A stretch of 64,000 nucleotides of DNA from contig CAVXEP010000030.1 in the NCBI GenBank assembly GCA_963760795.1, positions 128,001 to 192,000 of the forward strand. Direction: 5' to 3'. Origin of the DNA: an uncultured delta proteobacterium. GTDB taxonomy: Bacteria > Desulfobacterota > Binatia > UBA9968. The position numbers and the translations under genes were made by a program. Position 1 is the stretch's first letter; the number at the start of each line of letters is the position of its first letter. The notes beneath the pieces were generated by a model. It saw only the letters and a list, made by a program, of their open reading frames with translations, was not told the DNA's origin and did not search any database. Positions 10,293-19,929 of the stretch are shown piece after piece.

Positions 10293-10690
10293 TATAAATA
10301 CCTATGTGATAGAACTAGCTAAAATCCCTCTTCCAGGATTCTTCAGGGACCTCAAAACTGGTGCAATTATTTGCACAGATGTCCTAAATTACAAATCATA
10401 TAAGACACATAGAGACCAGGCCAAAAGCCTCGGTGACCTGAATATCGAGATTGCCACTCTTAAGGCACTTCTAGTTTCTGTTATCGCAGGAATTGATGGA
10501 TATGGCGGAACAATAATAATGTGGTTAATTGTCATTAAACCGACAGGTGTCGCATGCTCGTCTAATTCTTTGTTAATCTCTGGTTTATCGGTGTCTTTTC
10601 CCTTAATGATTAGGAAAGACCCTTCATCGTCTACAGTAACTGAACTTCTGTATAATTCGAAAACTGCCTCAAAAAAAGAACGAGAGGATG
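10293..10690 (+). other. AT-rich foreign fragment, possibly from a T4-like phage
   Basis: TATAAATA at 10293-10300, then GTG at 10306 opening ..PGFFRDLKTGAIICTD..YKSY..R..EIATLKALL. Base composition shifts sharply from the flanks. Confidence 0.45.
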
Positions 10691-11294
10691 AGCCATGACC
10701 AGGATAAAGAGACGGAGTGCTCAATAGCAACCCTGCTCAAGGGGGCGGTTCTCGCCACGATCCCTAACCTGCTGTCCTTCGCCCGGATCGTCGGGGTAAC
10801 CTTAGCGGTTATTCTCTACTTGGGAGGACACGGTTGGGTGGCAGTGGCGATCGGCACCGTCGCCGGCCTGACCGACCACCTCGATGGCTACCTAGCGCGT
10901 CGGCTTAAGCAAGAGACTGCCCTCGGAGCCATGCTGGACCAGCTCGCTGACAGTTTCACAACGGCGATCCTGCTCGCCATGCTCGTCGTCACGGGCGGTA
11001 TCCCGTTCGCCTATCTGGTGATCTTCCTGTTAAGGGAGTTCTGGGTTGGCACCGTGAGGCGGTACGGCGCAACGGTGGGCATCGATATCCCGTCGATCGC
11101 GCTGGGCAAGATGGCGACCACGGTGATTTACTGCGGCCATTCTGACGGTGGCGATCATTATCCTGCCCGATATGCCCGCGCGGGTCGTGACACCGGTGCA
11201 CTGGACAGGACTTGTGGGCCTGGGCGTGGGTCTGGCCATCAGTTGCCTGACGGGCTGGCGCTATACAATAACTTTGGGGGGTAAGATGGTGTGA
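10688..11294 (+). CDS. CDP-alcohol phosphatidyltransferase (PgsA-like); probable +1 frameshift near 11133
   Basis: D.LDG.LARR...T.LGA.LD..AD motif. After IY the hydrophobic C-terminus (AILTVAIIILP..GWRY..) continues in another frame, ending at GTGA overlapping the next start. Confidence 0.85.
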
Positions 11295-12445
11295 AACCGA
11301 TATCCATAAATACTACACGGCGCCGCGCCGAAATTCTGCTCTGCCCAGGTCCTGTCATGCTATCCCCTGGCGTCAAGGCAGCACTTGCCGACTGCGAGAT
11401 AGGACACCGCGATAGCCGCTTCTCGCAGCTGGTTACGCGGGTGCGGTGCAATAGCCGCCACGTCTTCCGCTCTGGAGATGAGCACAGCATCCTTTTCATC
11501 GGCGGACCCGCGACGGCTGCAATTGAAGCGGTGTGTGCCTCGCTCGTGCCACCGGATGCCAGGGTGCTTGTCCCCGTCAACGGGTCATTCGGAGCCCGTA
11601 TCGCGGAGATCCTGAATGTTTACCAGATCCCCCACACAGTTATCGATTTCGGGTTCGGTAAGCCTTTCAATCTGGATCGCATCAAGGCGGTCATTGCGGA
11701 AGAGCGCCAGTGCGGGTTCACTGCGGTGGCGATGACCCACCATGAAACGTCAGCGGGCCTGCTCAACCCGGTGGCGGCCGTCGGTGCCCTGGCGCGGCAG
11801 CACGGCCTGAAACTGATCGTCGACGCCACGTCGAGCGCAGGCGTCGAGGACCTGGATGTAACCCGCGATGGGATCGACGCGTGCATCACGACCTCCGGAA
11901 AATGTCTGCATGCGGCGCCTGGGCTCAGCCTTGTCTGCGTGCGACGCGACCTGCTTGAAATGGCCAGGCTAATACGCCCGCGCAGTTATTCGGTGGACCT
12001 GCATCGTTACCATGACCAGATGGAATTCAATGGCCAGACGCCCTTCACAGCCTCTGTGCCCTTGTTCCTTGCGCTCGACCGCGCGCTTGAAGAACTTCTC
12101 GATCGGGGCATCGATGAACGACGACGCGTCTACTGGCGACGCCGCGAAATACTGGAGGCGGGAATGGTACGGCTGGGGTTACCTCTGTTGCCGTTGCCAC
12201 CGGGGAGTGAAGCCGCCTCGATTCTGACGGTCGGCGTTCCGGAAACACTCGGCTTCGACGCGCTTTACGCGGCCGTCAAGGATCGTGGCTACCTCATCTA
12301 TGCCTGCAAGCCGCCGCTGGCGCCGAACTACTTCCAAATCGCGGTCATGGGAGAATTGGCGGACGATGAGCTCCATGAATTTCTCGAGATTTTGCAGTCG
12401 TTGACGACCACAGTGCCGGCGCGTTACCTGCCTATGCTAGCTTAG
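11291..12445 (+). CDS. Class V PLP aminotransferase (2-aminoethylphosphonate or serine-pyruvate transaminase-like)
   Basis: LLCPGP, HHETSAG, VDATSS, SGKCL (PLP lysine) and QTPFT motifs. Confidence 0.85.
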   Translation: MKPISINTTRRRAEILLCPGPVMLSPGVKAALADCEIGHRDSRFSQLVTRVRCNSRHVFRSGDEHSILFIGGPATAAIEAVCASLVPPDARVLVPVNGSFGARIAEILNVYQIPHTVIDFGFGKPFNLDRIKAVIAEERQCGFTAVAMTHHETSAGLLNPVAAVGALARQHGLKLIVDATSSAGVEDLDVTRDGIDACITTSGKCLHAAPGLSLVCVRRDLLEMARLIRPRSYSVDLHRYHDQMEFNGQTPFTASVPLFLALDRALEELLDRGIDERRRVYWRRREILEAGMVRLGLPLLPLPPGSEAASILTVGVPETLGFDALYAAVKDRGYLIYACKPPLAPNYFQIAVMGELADDELHEFLEILQSLTTTVPARYLPMLA

Positions 12446-12462
12446 CCCGCGGGTGATCAAAA

Positions 12463-12960
12463 TTGACAGGAAAAGAAGCGTCGCCGGCCGTCAACACGTG
12501 GGTATTCCGCAACTGGCGCCATTTTCTCGCGTTCGGTCTCGGTAGCGGACTGGCCAGGTTTGCGCCGGGCACGTTCGCCACCCTCGTTGCAATCGCCTTC
12601 TATCTTCCCCTGAGCCAGCTGCCGCACTGGCTCTATGCAATCTGCGTGTTTTGCGCCTTTGCCTTTGGTGTCTGGCTTTGTCATAGCGTCGCGCATGACC
12701 TCGGTGTGCACGACCATGGCGGCATCGTGTGGGACGAGTTCGTCGGTTACTGGATCACGATGTTCCTAGTGCCCGTCAGCTGGGGCACGGTCCTGGCCGG
12801 CTTTGCGCTGTTTCGCCTGCTCGACATCTGGAAACCATGGCCGATTTGCTGGATCGACAAGCACGTGCTAGGCGGCTTCGGCATCATGCTGGATGATGTG
12901 ATTGCCGGCGCGGCTGCCTGTATTATCCTCCACTCCCTTCGCGCGGGCGCCGGTTTTTGA
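12463..12960 (+). CDS. pgpA: Phosphatidylglycerophosphatase A
   Basis: GLGSG...APGT, HDHGGIVWDE, FRLLDIWKPWPI and GIMLDD motifs. Confidence 0.92.
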   Translation: MTGKEASPAVNTWVFRNWRHFLAFGLGSGLARFAPGTFATLVAIAFYLPLSQLPHWLYAICVFCAFAFGVWLCHSVAHDLGVHDHGGIVWDEFVGYWITMFLVPVSWGTVLAGFALFRLLDIWKPWPICWIDKHVLGGFGIMLDDVIAGAAACIILHSLRAGAGF

Positions 12961-13294
12961 ACCATCGGCCATTGTCGTTCCCGAAATCAAGCCAACGTGC
13001 AGTTACTGCTGAACGGTGTGAGAAATGCGTACGTGACAGAGCCGAGTTTCCGTGTCTCGTATAGTGAACACATTGGTATCGGAACGCTATTCAAGTCTAC
13101 TATCAGCGATGGTGTCGACAAGGGGTTGTAACGACCGATGTTAGTCTGCGGCTCTGGCTGATTTTCTATAGGGAGCTGGCCACATGCATTAATCCATAAT
13201 AGACGAGTAGCAGATGATAAGGAGTTGGCGCGCGGGGTTATTCCGTGCGCTGAAGATTATGGTACACTACCCAGGTAGCCAGAGGCTGACTGCC

Positions 13295-13408
13295 ATGAAA
13301 ATCGAGTACTTAAAAACACAGATAGTTACTGTAATGACCGTCGCATTGGCTGCGTTTTTATTATTGCTTGCTTTTAAATGGTTATGGCGGCCAGGTAGCA
13401 CACGTTGA
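13295..13408 (+). CDS. Small single-TM membrane protein (37 aa)
   Basis: GAGG RBS, hydrophobic helix, and a stop overlapping the next ATG (TGATG). Confidence 0.45.
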   Translation: MKIEYLKTQIVTVMTVALAAFLLLLAFKWLWRPGSTR

Positions 13409-14319
13409 TGAGGCGTGTTTTCAACATAAGCATCAACTACACTGGAGGGCTACTTCTGCTTATGGTGCTGTTACCTTCTTGTGCAACAATGCAGCTTCAT
13501 TCAACACCACCCGTGCACTACGATCAGAATTCAAGCATTCCGGATCATGCTGACCAGCATTCCAATGAACATGGTCTCAGGGTCATGACACTGAACGTAG
13601 CCCACGGGCGAGGGACCAGTTTTCATCAATTGCTGCAGCATTCAGCCAAGATTGTGAAAAACCTAGATCGTATAAACGAACTAATGAACCAGGCAGCACC
13701 GGATATCGTTGCTTTTCAGGAGATCGATGCGCCTTCGTTCTGGAGTGGCAATTTCAACCACGTGGGATATCTTGCAAGTCGCAGCATGTTTACCCGTTCG
13801 ATTCAGGCGTCACACGTTAATGCGATGAGACTTTCCTATGGTACAGCACTGATATCACGACAGGAGATGTCGAATCCGCAGGCGGTTACATTTAACCCCT
13901 CACTTACACTGGTACCCACGGGTTTTGTGGTATCGACCATTAGTTGGCCGGGAAGGGACAGTATCGACATTGATGTAGTTTCTGTTCATCTGGATTTCAT
14001 GAGTGGTTGGGTCCGGAAAAAACAGGCAGACGAACTGATTGCAGTTTTACGTGCCAGAAACAATCACGTGATTATCATGGGCGACCTGAACTCAGGATGG
14101 CTCCCGCAGGACTCGGCAGCACAGTACCTGGTTGAGAAACTTGGGCTGAAGGCGTACCAGCCGGAAAACCGCAATCTGATCACTTTTCCCCTGCTTCGCA
14201 GACGCCTGGACTGGGTCCTGATATCGGCCGGTCTTGAGTTTTCTTCCTATGAAGTTATCGGAACCGATATTTCCGATCATCGTGGTGTACTTGCCGAGCT
14301 TACGCTTTCTGGCGGGTAA
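13408..14319 (+). CDS. Endonuclease/exonuclease/phosphatase family protein, probable lipoprotein
   Basis: VMTLN, DIVAFQEID, MGDLN, LDWVL and SDH motifs; LPSC lipobox-like signal. Confidence 0.88.
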   Translation: MRRVFNISINYTGGLLLLMVLLPSCATMQLHSTPPVHYDQNSSIPDHADQHSNEHGLRVMTLNVAHGRGTSFHQLLQHSAKIVKNLDRINELMNQAAPDIVAFQEIDAPSFWSGNFNHVGYLASRSMFTRSIQASHVNAMRLSYGTALISRQEMSNPQAVTFNPSLTLVPTGFVVSTISWPGRDSIDIDVVSVHLDFMSGWVRKKQADELIAVLRARNNHVIIMGDLNSGWLPQDSAAQYLVEKLGLKAYQPENRNLITFPLLRRRLDWVLISAGLEFSSYEVIGTDISDHRGVLAELTLSGG

Positions 14320-14564
14320 ATAATGGTGGTGGAGTCGCCAGTGTATGGCGACATTTCGCTCTAATCGCCTCACTTGTGTGCTCGTATGATGCAAAAACCG
14401 GATTGACCGTCCTGTCGTGCAGGCGATCCAGTTCGGCCACCGCCTTGTTGGGCAGGTCGCGGCACAGTTTGTCCACCTGCAGGACAAGGCACTGTGTGTA
14501 GAGCGGGTTTTTTTGCCAGCCCGATACCACGCGACAGGGTCAGCTCACATAAAGAATCCAAATT

Positions 14565-15287
14565 TCACTGTTCAGAATAAAAGACAATCTTTTTAATAAA
14601 GGCGGCGGCGCCACCTTTTGTGTCGTCGGTGTTCATTTCAAACGCAAAGCCTGTGATGGGCGGCGTCTTTTCCTGTTTGAAAACGTCTTTAAATCGATTG
14701 TTGACTTCAAATTTGGTGACAATGGTTTGCCCCAAAGGCGCGCCATTGGATACACAAAAGTAGCGCCCCCCTTCCTGGTATAAAGCACCGAGGTACATTC
14801 TATTTACCTGTTCTTTCTCGCCGATGAACGCACTAAGGAAGTACGGAGCGGCCTTGATGCCAAAAGGCAAGCCGCTACTCAACTTCTTGTCGCCAAAACT
14901 GAAAATGACGCCAATCGGCACCCGTTTATTTCCTTGTGCCCAGTCTGCACCGATGGGAAAGCGGTTTACACCCCATTCAATAACAATATAATTTACGTCG
15001 CGAACGTAATTTGGCTTGGCAAACTTTAATCCGAACATGGCTGTCAAAGCTTCGTTCGTGCTGATGCGCAGCCCCTCATTCTCAAACTTCAAATGCAATT
15101 TCTTTGCATCGAGAAAATCATCGAATCCCTGCTTCTTAAGCCATGTGAATGCATCGATATTCTCTTTCTGGCCGAAATCCATGGTGTATAGAGCCTTGGG
15201 TTCGGCGCCCGCGGATAGTGTCTCACCCATGATTACGGCGATTCCAAGTATCGCAGCACATAGGCACTTCTTGGAATTTGTCTTCAC
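14565..15287 (-). CDS. Secreted hypothetical protein
   Basis: 240-aa ORF with signal peptide, downstream of the amidohydrolase. Confidence 0.7.
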   Translation of the reverse strand: MKTNSKKCLCAAILGIAVIMGETLSAGAEPKALYTMDFGQKENIDAFTWLKKQGFDDFLDAKKLHLKFENEGLRISTNEALTAMFGLKFAKPNYVRDVNYIVIEWGVNRFPIGADWAQGNKRVPIGVIFSFGDKKLSSGLPFGIKAAPYFLSAFIGEKEQVNRMYLGALYQEGGRYFCVSNGAPLGQTIVTKFEVNNRFKDVFKQEKTPPITGFAFEMNTDDTKGGAAAFIKKIVFYSEQ

Positions 15288-15396
15288 GCCATCTGTCCCT
15301 TATCGGTTATTGGTCATGACAAGCACTGAAAAGTATATATCCCTTTGTATCTGCAAGGGAAGCTGCCGACAATTCACCTTACGTAAGCAATAAGGC

Positions 15397-16647
15397 TCAC
15401 AGGTTTTTCGGCTCAAAATAATCCACTTCGAAAACCCGGCGCGATTCAAACACCACCGGCATGAAGCGTTGCCCGCCGCTAACCAGACTCCGTTTGAGAA
15501 CAAAATCGAAGAGCAATGGATTGTAGGGCCGAATTTCAGAGAGGACTTGCGCTTGAGCGTCCGTGATAAACTGTTGTCTGACGAATCGACGCAATGAAAA
15601 CAAAGGCATCACTCCTGGCAACGGATAGTCCGATCCATTGATCAACCGCGGATGCCACTCCACGCGCCTGATAAGGGTCGTAAGAATCGATTCTGCGCGG
15701 TTAGCCTGCGTGACCGCCGAGATATCACCAAATAATCTTCCCTCATAGCGCGCTTCATCCATCAGACGCTGGAAGAGATCAAAGCTTGCCAGACTCGGTC
15801 CGTCAGGTCCGCGATCGATGTCGATGTGTTCACCTAGCGAGCCGCAGTGCGCAACGATGACGCGCACCCCCTGATCCAGAGGGCGGCGGAGCCTCAGGGG
15901 ATTATTGAACGCCCACAGCGAACCGCCATACACCGCCTTCTCCTCTCCTGCATGAGTCAGCAACGGCAGGTTCCATCGCACGAGAGCCTCATAAAAGCTA
16001 TCGCATTTGGGCGACCCCGGGTCCATGCCCATGGCAGAAGGCAGCCACTTTACGGCGCGGGCGCCGTGTTTAACGCTCCAATCGAGCTCATCGATAGCAT
16101 CGGCCCGATAAGGATGAATTGAACAGATCCATTCGAGCCGATTCGGAAACCGTTGGGCGAGTTCGGCTGCATAGCGGTTTGGAACAAAGAATGCGCTCAG
16201 GTCCTCGCGGCGCGCGCCATCCTGGTCGTAATGAAAGTCGAAGGCGAGCACCATCGCTTTGGCGCCCTGTGGAAAATCACCCAGGCAGCTCAAGAGACGG
16301 TGGACGAAATCTTCGTCAACCTTCCCCTCCCGCTCCGTGCAAGAGGCGTTCAGATAAAAACGGCGCTGGAGACTTTGCCAGGGATGGAGCAGGCTTTCCA
16401 TTTGCGGCGTGATCCATACGCCTGTGCCGCCGTCACCCACCCCAGCCAGATGTACATGACAATCCCAAAATTTCGCCGGGTCTATTCCCACCCACGAGCC
16501 GGCGACGAGATCGTTATCGAGCAGTTGCTTCGGTACCGGACCCGGAAGGCAGGGATTAAATACCCCGTCCTCCAGAGAAAAGCCACATCCGGCGGCGATG
16601 CCGAGGGCGCCGGCACCCAGAGTGCGAAGGAATAACCGGCGATTCAT
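15397..16647 (-). CDS. Tat-exported amidohydrolase family protein
   Basis: NRRLFL Tat motif; DCHVH, THAG, AHCG and NGSDYP motifs. Confidence 0.85.
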   Translation of the reverse strand: MNRRLFLRTLGAGALGIAAGCGFSLEDGVFNPCLPGPVPKQLLDNDLVAGSWVGIDPAKFWDCHVHLAGVGDGGTGVWITPQMESLLHPWQSLQRRFYLNASCTEREGKVDEDFVHRLLSCLGDFPQGAKAMVLAFDFHYDQDGARREDLSAFFVPNRYAAELAQRFPNRLEWICSIHPYRADAIDELDWSVKHGARAVKWLPSAMGMDPGSPKCDSFYEALVRWNLPLLTHAGEEKAVYGGSLWAFNNPLRLRRPLDQGVRVIVAHCGSLGEHIDIDRGPDGPSLASFDLFQRLMDEARYEGRLFGDISAVTQANRAESILTTLIRRVEWHPRLINGSDYPLPGVMPLFSLRRFVRQQFITDAQAQVLSEIRPYNPLLFDFVLKRSLVSGGQRFMPVVFESRRVFEVDYFEPKNL

Positions 16648-16874
16648 CGGTCAAATGGCGTCATAGTCCGGGATCTTCGCTGGCTATAGATGATCACTGT
16701 TTTCGCCATTCTATCTTTTACCTCCGCGTTTAGAATTAAATTCAATGTTAACACGTTGCGATAAAACGGATGAACTAGCAGCGCGCTGCCCGCGATGAAG
16801 CATTCTCTGTATGGCTGCATCACTGTAATTTGTTCTTGCCCACTTCTATCAGAATGTGGGTGAGGTCGTCCACG

Positions 16875-17165
16875 AGTTCTCGAGCCTGTACCGGTCCGAC
16901 TGACGGAAGCGCTTGTGGTTTTGGCTTCGTCGGCGCGGCCCTACGCGGCTTTACTTTGGATCGAGTTTCAGGCAAGCCCTAAAGGGCAGAAGATAGTGGA
17001 TGATCTTCATCCGATGGGGCATCGGCATTTATACCGGGCTCCGCTCAGGAAAAACTAATTCGCGGCAAGCGCACCTCGGTCGTGCAGTGGGACCACTTTA
17101 TGCAATTGGGAGACTAGCAGGCAAAGATCGTCGAAGCGTATGGCTTCCCGAAAGAGGTGAAATAA
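16875..17165 (+). pseudogene. Orphan 3' remnant of an ABC extracellular solute-binding protein gene
   Basis: Reads across frameshifts and one stop as ..RPYAALLWIEFQASPKGQKIVDDLHP..QEKLIRGKRTSVV.WDHF..KIVEAYGFPKEVK*. Confidence 0.65.
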
Positions 17166-17306
17166 TAGTAACCCGGGGGTTAGAGTTTTGGTTTTCGAAC
17201 AGGTTCAAAAAGCGAGGGCGTTTTCTGATTTGGTCGTAATCTAAAATTGATTGGGTGAAGCCTACCGGACCAATTTTACCGGCGAACATCTATAATCAAC
17301 TTTGAT

Positions 17307-19298
17307 ATGAGCAAGTTTCTACGCATCGACACAAAGCTTCCCCCGGAGCAGTTAGCCATTCGAGCGAAGTGTTTCCATCCATCGGGGCGGTTCGAGGAGT
17401 TCACAAAAGAGGAAGTCGAGCAGTCGATCCCCGAGCGTTTTGAGAAGATAGTGAAGCGATATCCGGATCGGATAGCAATTAAGGAAGGTGGACAGGCTGT
17501 TAGCTATGCGGAACTAAATCAACGGGCAAATCGCCTGGCTCACGCAATCTTGGACAGGTGCGGCGAACGCAACCTTCCGGTAGCGATTCTGATGGAACAT
17601 GGCACCTCTATCCTGGTGGCTATTGTCGCCGCACTCAAGGCAGGCAAGATCTACGTCCCGCTGGATCCTTCCTATCCTGTGGAAAGACTTCAATACATGT
17701 TCTTCGACTCCAAGGCCGAACTCGTTGTGGCACATCGTGAAACTCTTTCCCTGGCTCGTCAAATGGGTAGCGAGGACGTTGCTGTCATTGATGTCGACGA
17801 GGTCGCTGCGGGTTCTCGTCATGACGACGTGAGCGTGAAAATAACTCCCGGAGCCTTCACGTCGATCTTCTACACTTCGGGATCCACCGGACAGCCCAAA
17901 GGAGTGGTCGATAATCACCGCAATTTGCTGCATGGGACACTCCGATTCACCAATGGCCTGCATATCTGTGCTGAAGACCGACTCAGTTTCACTCATTCGT
18001 GCAGTGCGAGCGCCTCAGTGAGGAGGATCTTTCCAGCACTTCTCAACGGCGCATGCCTTTTTCCTCTCGACCTAAAGCGACAAGGGATCCGGGCCTTAGT
18101 GGATTTAGTCGTCAGCGAATCAATCACGGCTTTCGGTATAGGTCGAATACGGGATTTCACGCGCAGCTTCAGTCACCAATCGTTTCCGAGTCTGAGGCTG
18201 GTGTCCCTCGGCGGCGAGATCGTATATCGGCGCGATGTTGAGCTGTACAAGAAAATCTTTCCTCGCGATTGTGTAATCGGAATTTTGATGTCCAGCACCG
18301 AAGCCGGAAATATCACGCAGTTCTTCATTAGTCGCGACACCCAACTCGCGGGCGAGATCGCTCCGATCGGTTATCCCGCCGAAGACGTGGAGATCATGCT
18401 GCTTGACGACGGGGGTAATCCAGTAGGACCCGGTGAGATCGGAGAAATCGCCGTTACGAGCAAGTATCTTGCCTGTGGCTATTGGCGCCGGCCGCAAATG
18501 ACCGATGAGAGATTCCGCGCTGATCCGGCCGGCGGCGAGCAACGAATCTATCGCACAGGCGATCTAGGGCGCATCGAACACGACGGCTGCTTATTTCACC
18601 TGGGGCGAAAGGATGACCAAATCAAAGTCAGAGGACACAGAGTCGAGGTTGCCGAGATTGAAGCAGCTTTGCTGAACCTCGGATATTTTAGGAAAGCAGT
18701 CGTCACCCTAAGGGACCGTGGTTCAGACGAGAAATCACTGGTCGCTTATGTCGAGCCGGAGAAACGGCCCGCGCCGACGTCCAGCGCTCTTAGAAAAGCT
18801 CTGGCCGCCACTTTGCCCGACCACATGATCCCTTCGCGGTTCGTCATGCTTGATACGATCCCCTTAACTCCGACTGAGAAGGTAGACCGAAAGGCGCTTC
18901 CAGAACCGGGCAATGCGCGGCCGGAAATGGATACGCCCTTTATCGCGCCCAGAACTTCGCTTGAGAGGGATATCGCTAAAATTTGGAGCGATGTTCTGTC
19001 GCTCGATCAAGTCGGTGTCCACGATAACTTTCTCGATCTTGGTGGACATTCGCTCGCGGCAATTCGTGTTATCTCCCAGGTTATCCAAACATTTCGGGTC
19101 GATCTGTCTCCCAGAGCACTCTTCGATTCGCCCACGGTGGTAGAGATGGCGGTCCTCATTGAAAGTAATTTGCCACAGCTTGCGACTCAGGAAGAGTTGG
19201 ACCAAATCCTGATTACGCTGCAGGCCATGTCGAACGAAGAGGCAGAGAGACTACTTACTGAAGTTAGCGAGGCAACAAGTAAAGCAAGAGAGTGTTAG
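17307..19298 (+). CDS. Stand-alone NRPS-like adenylation + PCP protein
   Basis: YTSGSTGQPKG, YRTGDLG, GRKDDQIKVRGHRVE and LGGHSL (Ppant serine) motifs. Confidence 0.9.
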   Translation: MSKFLRIDTKLPPEQLAIRAKCFHPSGRFEEFTKEEVEQSIPERFEKIVKRYPDRIAIKEGGQAVSYAELNQRANRLAHAILDRCGERNLPVAILMEHGTSILVAIVAALKAGKIYVPLDPSYPVERLQYMFFDSKAELVVAHRETLSLARQMGSEDVAVIDVDEVAAGSRHDDVSVKITPGAFTSIFYTSGSTGQPKGVVDNHRNLLHGTLRFTNGLHICAEDRLSFTHSCSASASVRRIFPALLNGACLFPLDLKRQGIRALVDLVVSESITAFGIGRIRDFTRSFSHQSFPSLRLVSLGGEIVYRRDVELYKKIFPRDCVIGILMSSTEAGNITQFFISRDTQLAGEIAPIGYPAEDVEIMLLDDGGNPVGPGEIGEIAVTSKYLACGYWRRPQMTDERFRADPAGGEQRIYRTGDLGRIEHDGCLFHLGRKDDQIKVRGHRVEVAEIEAALLNLGYFRKAVVTLRDRGSDEKSLVAYVEPEKRPAPTSSALRKALAATLPDHMIPSRFVMLDTIPLTPTEKVDRKALPEPGNARPEMDTPFIAPRTSLERDIAKIWSDVLSLDQVGVHDNFLDLGGHSLAAIRVISQVIQTFRVDLSPRALFDSPTVVEMAVLIESNLPQLATQEELDQILITLQAMSNEEAERLLTEVSEATSKAREC

Positions 19299-19307
19299 CA
19301 GAACTAG

Positions 19308-19403
19308 TTCCGGCCGTTCCAAACGTTCCAATGGTTCTAGTCGTCTAAAGCCGACTCCGTTTAACGCTTTGAACGGAGCGAAGCGGTTGAACGTTTTGAA
19401 CGG
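19308..19403. repeat. GTTCAA/GTTCCA-rich intergenic repeat; inverse orientation of the one at 44760-44857
   Basis: TTGAACGGAGCGAAGCGGTTGAACGTTTTGAAC is the near reverse complement of GTTCAAAACGTTCAACCGCTGCGCTCCGTTCAA. Confidence 0.7.
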
Positions 19404-19492
19404 CATCGCGAGCAAGAAGTTGTGGAGTTGAATTCCAAAGTGCCTGTGCAGGATGAACGAAACAAAAAGCAAAAAAGTCTAGAAGTAAAAGT

Positions 19493-19645
19493 CTCGAACA
19501 ACTCTAACCGACCGACGCACCGGTGTAGGAAATGGTACGCGAAACCGACAGTTGATAGGCGAGGGCGACCCGCCATTTGATCATCGCATCTATCGCAATC
19601 CAGCCTCACGCGTCAACAAGAGACTCCCGACCCCCCTTTTCTCCT
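19493..19645. repeat. ~150-bp dispersed intergenic repeat, copy 2
   Basis: Matches 7485-7635. Confidence 0.8.
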
Positions 19646-19929
19646 CGCGGGACTATTTCGCCGCTACTGATACTAATTGTAAAGATCTCGAGCTGTTCCT
19701 TGACCGAGTTTTCTGGGCTGATAGATAATTGTTTGATCGCAAGGTGCGACCCCTGCCTTTTGGTGCTCTGCGCCGCCCTTTAGGCAGAGCTCTTGCCCTT
19801 GCGACTAACGGTGTAGTTGGATAACAATGCGTGATATAAAGGTAATCCGATCTTTTGGTTGTTAACGATTTTTCGGATGCCTTGCCGTATACTGACGATC
19901 TTGAACCAATAGAAACAGAGTGAATAACA

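Noticed and set aside
12988-13148. Possible integron attC site (GCCAAC...GTTAG)
   Set aside because: Ends deviate from RYYYAAC/GTTRRRY, I see no convincing internal L-box pairing, and there is no intI in the window.
14300-14561. Short minus-strand ORFs between the EEP gene and the secreted protein gene
   Set aside because: Possibly a gene remnant, but I cannot recognise a family or a credible start.
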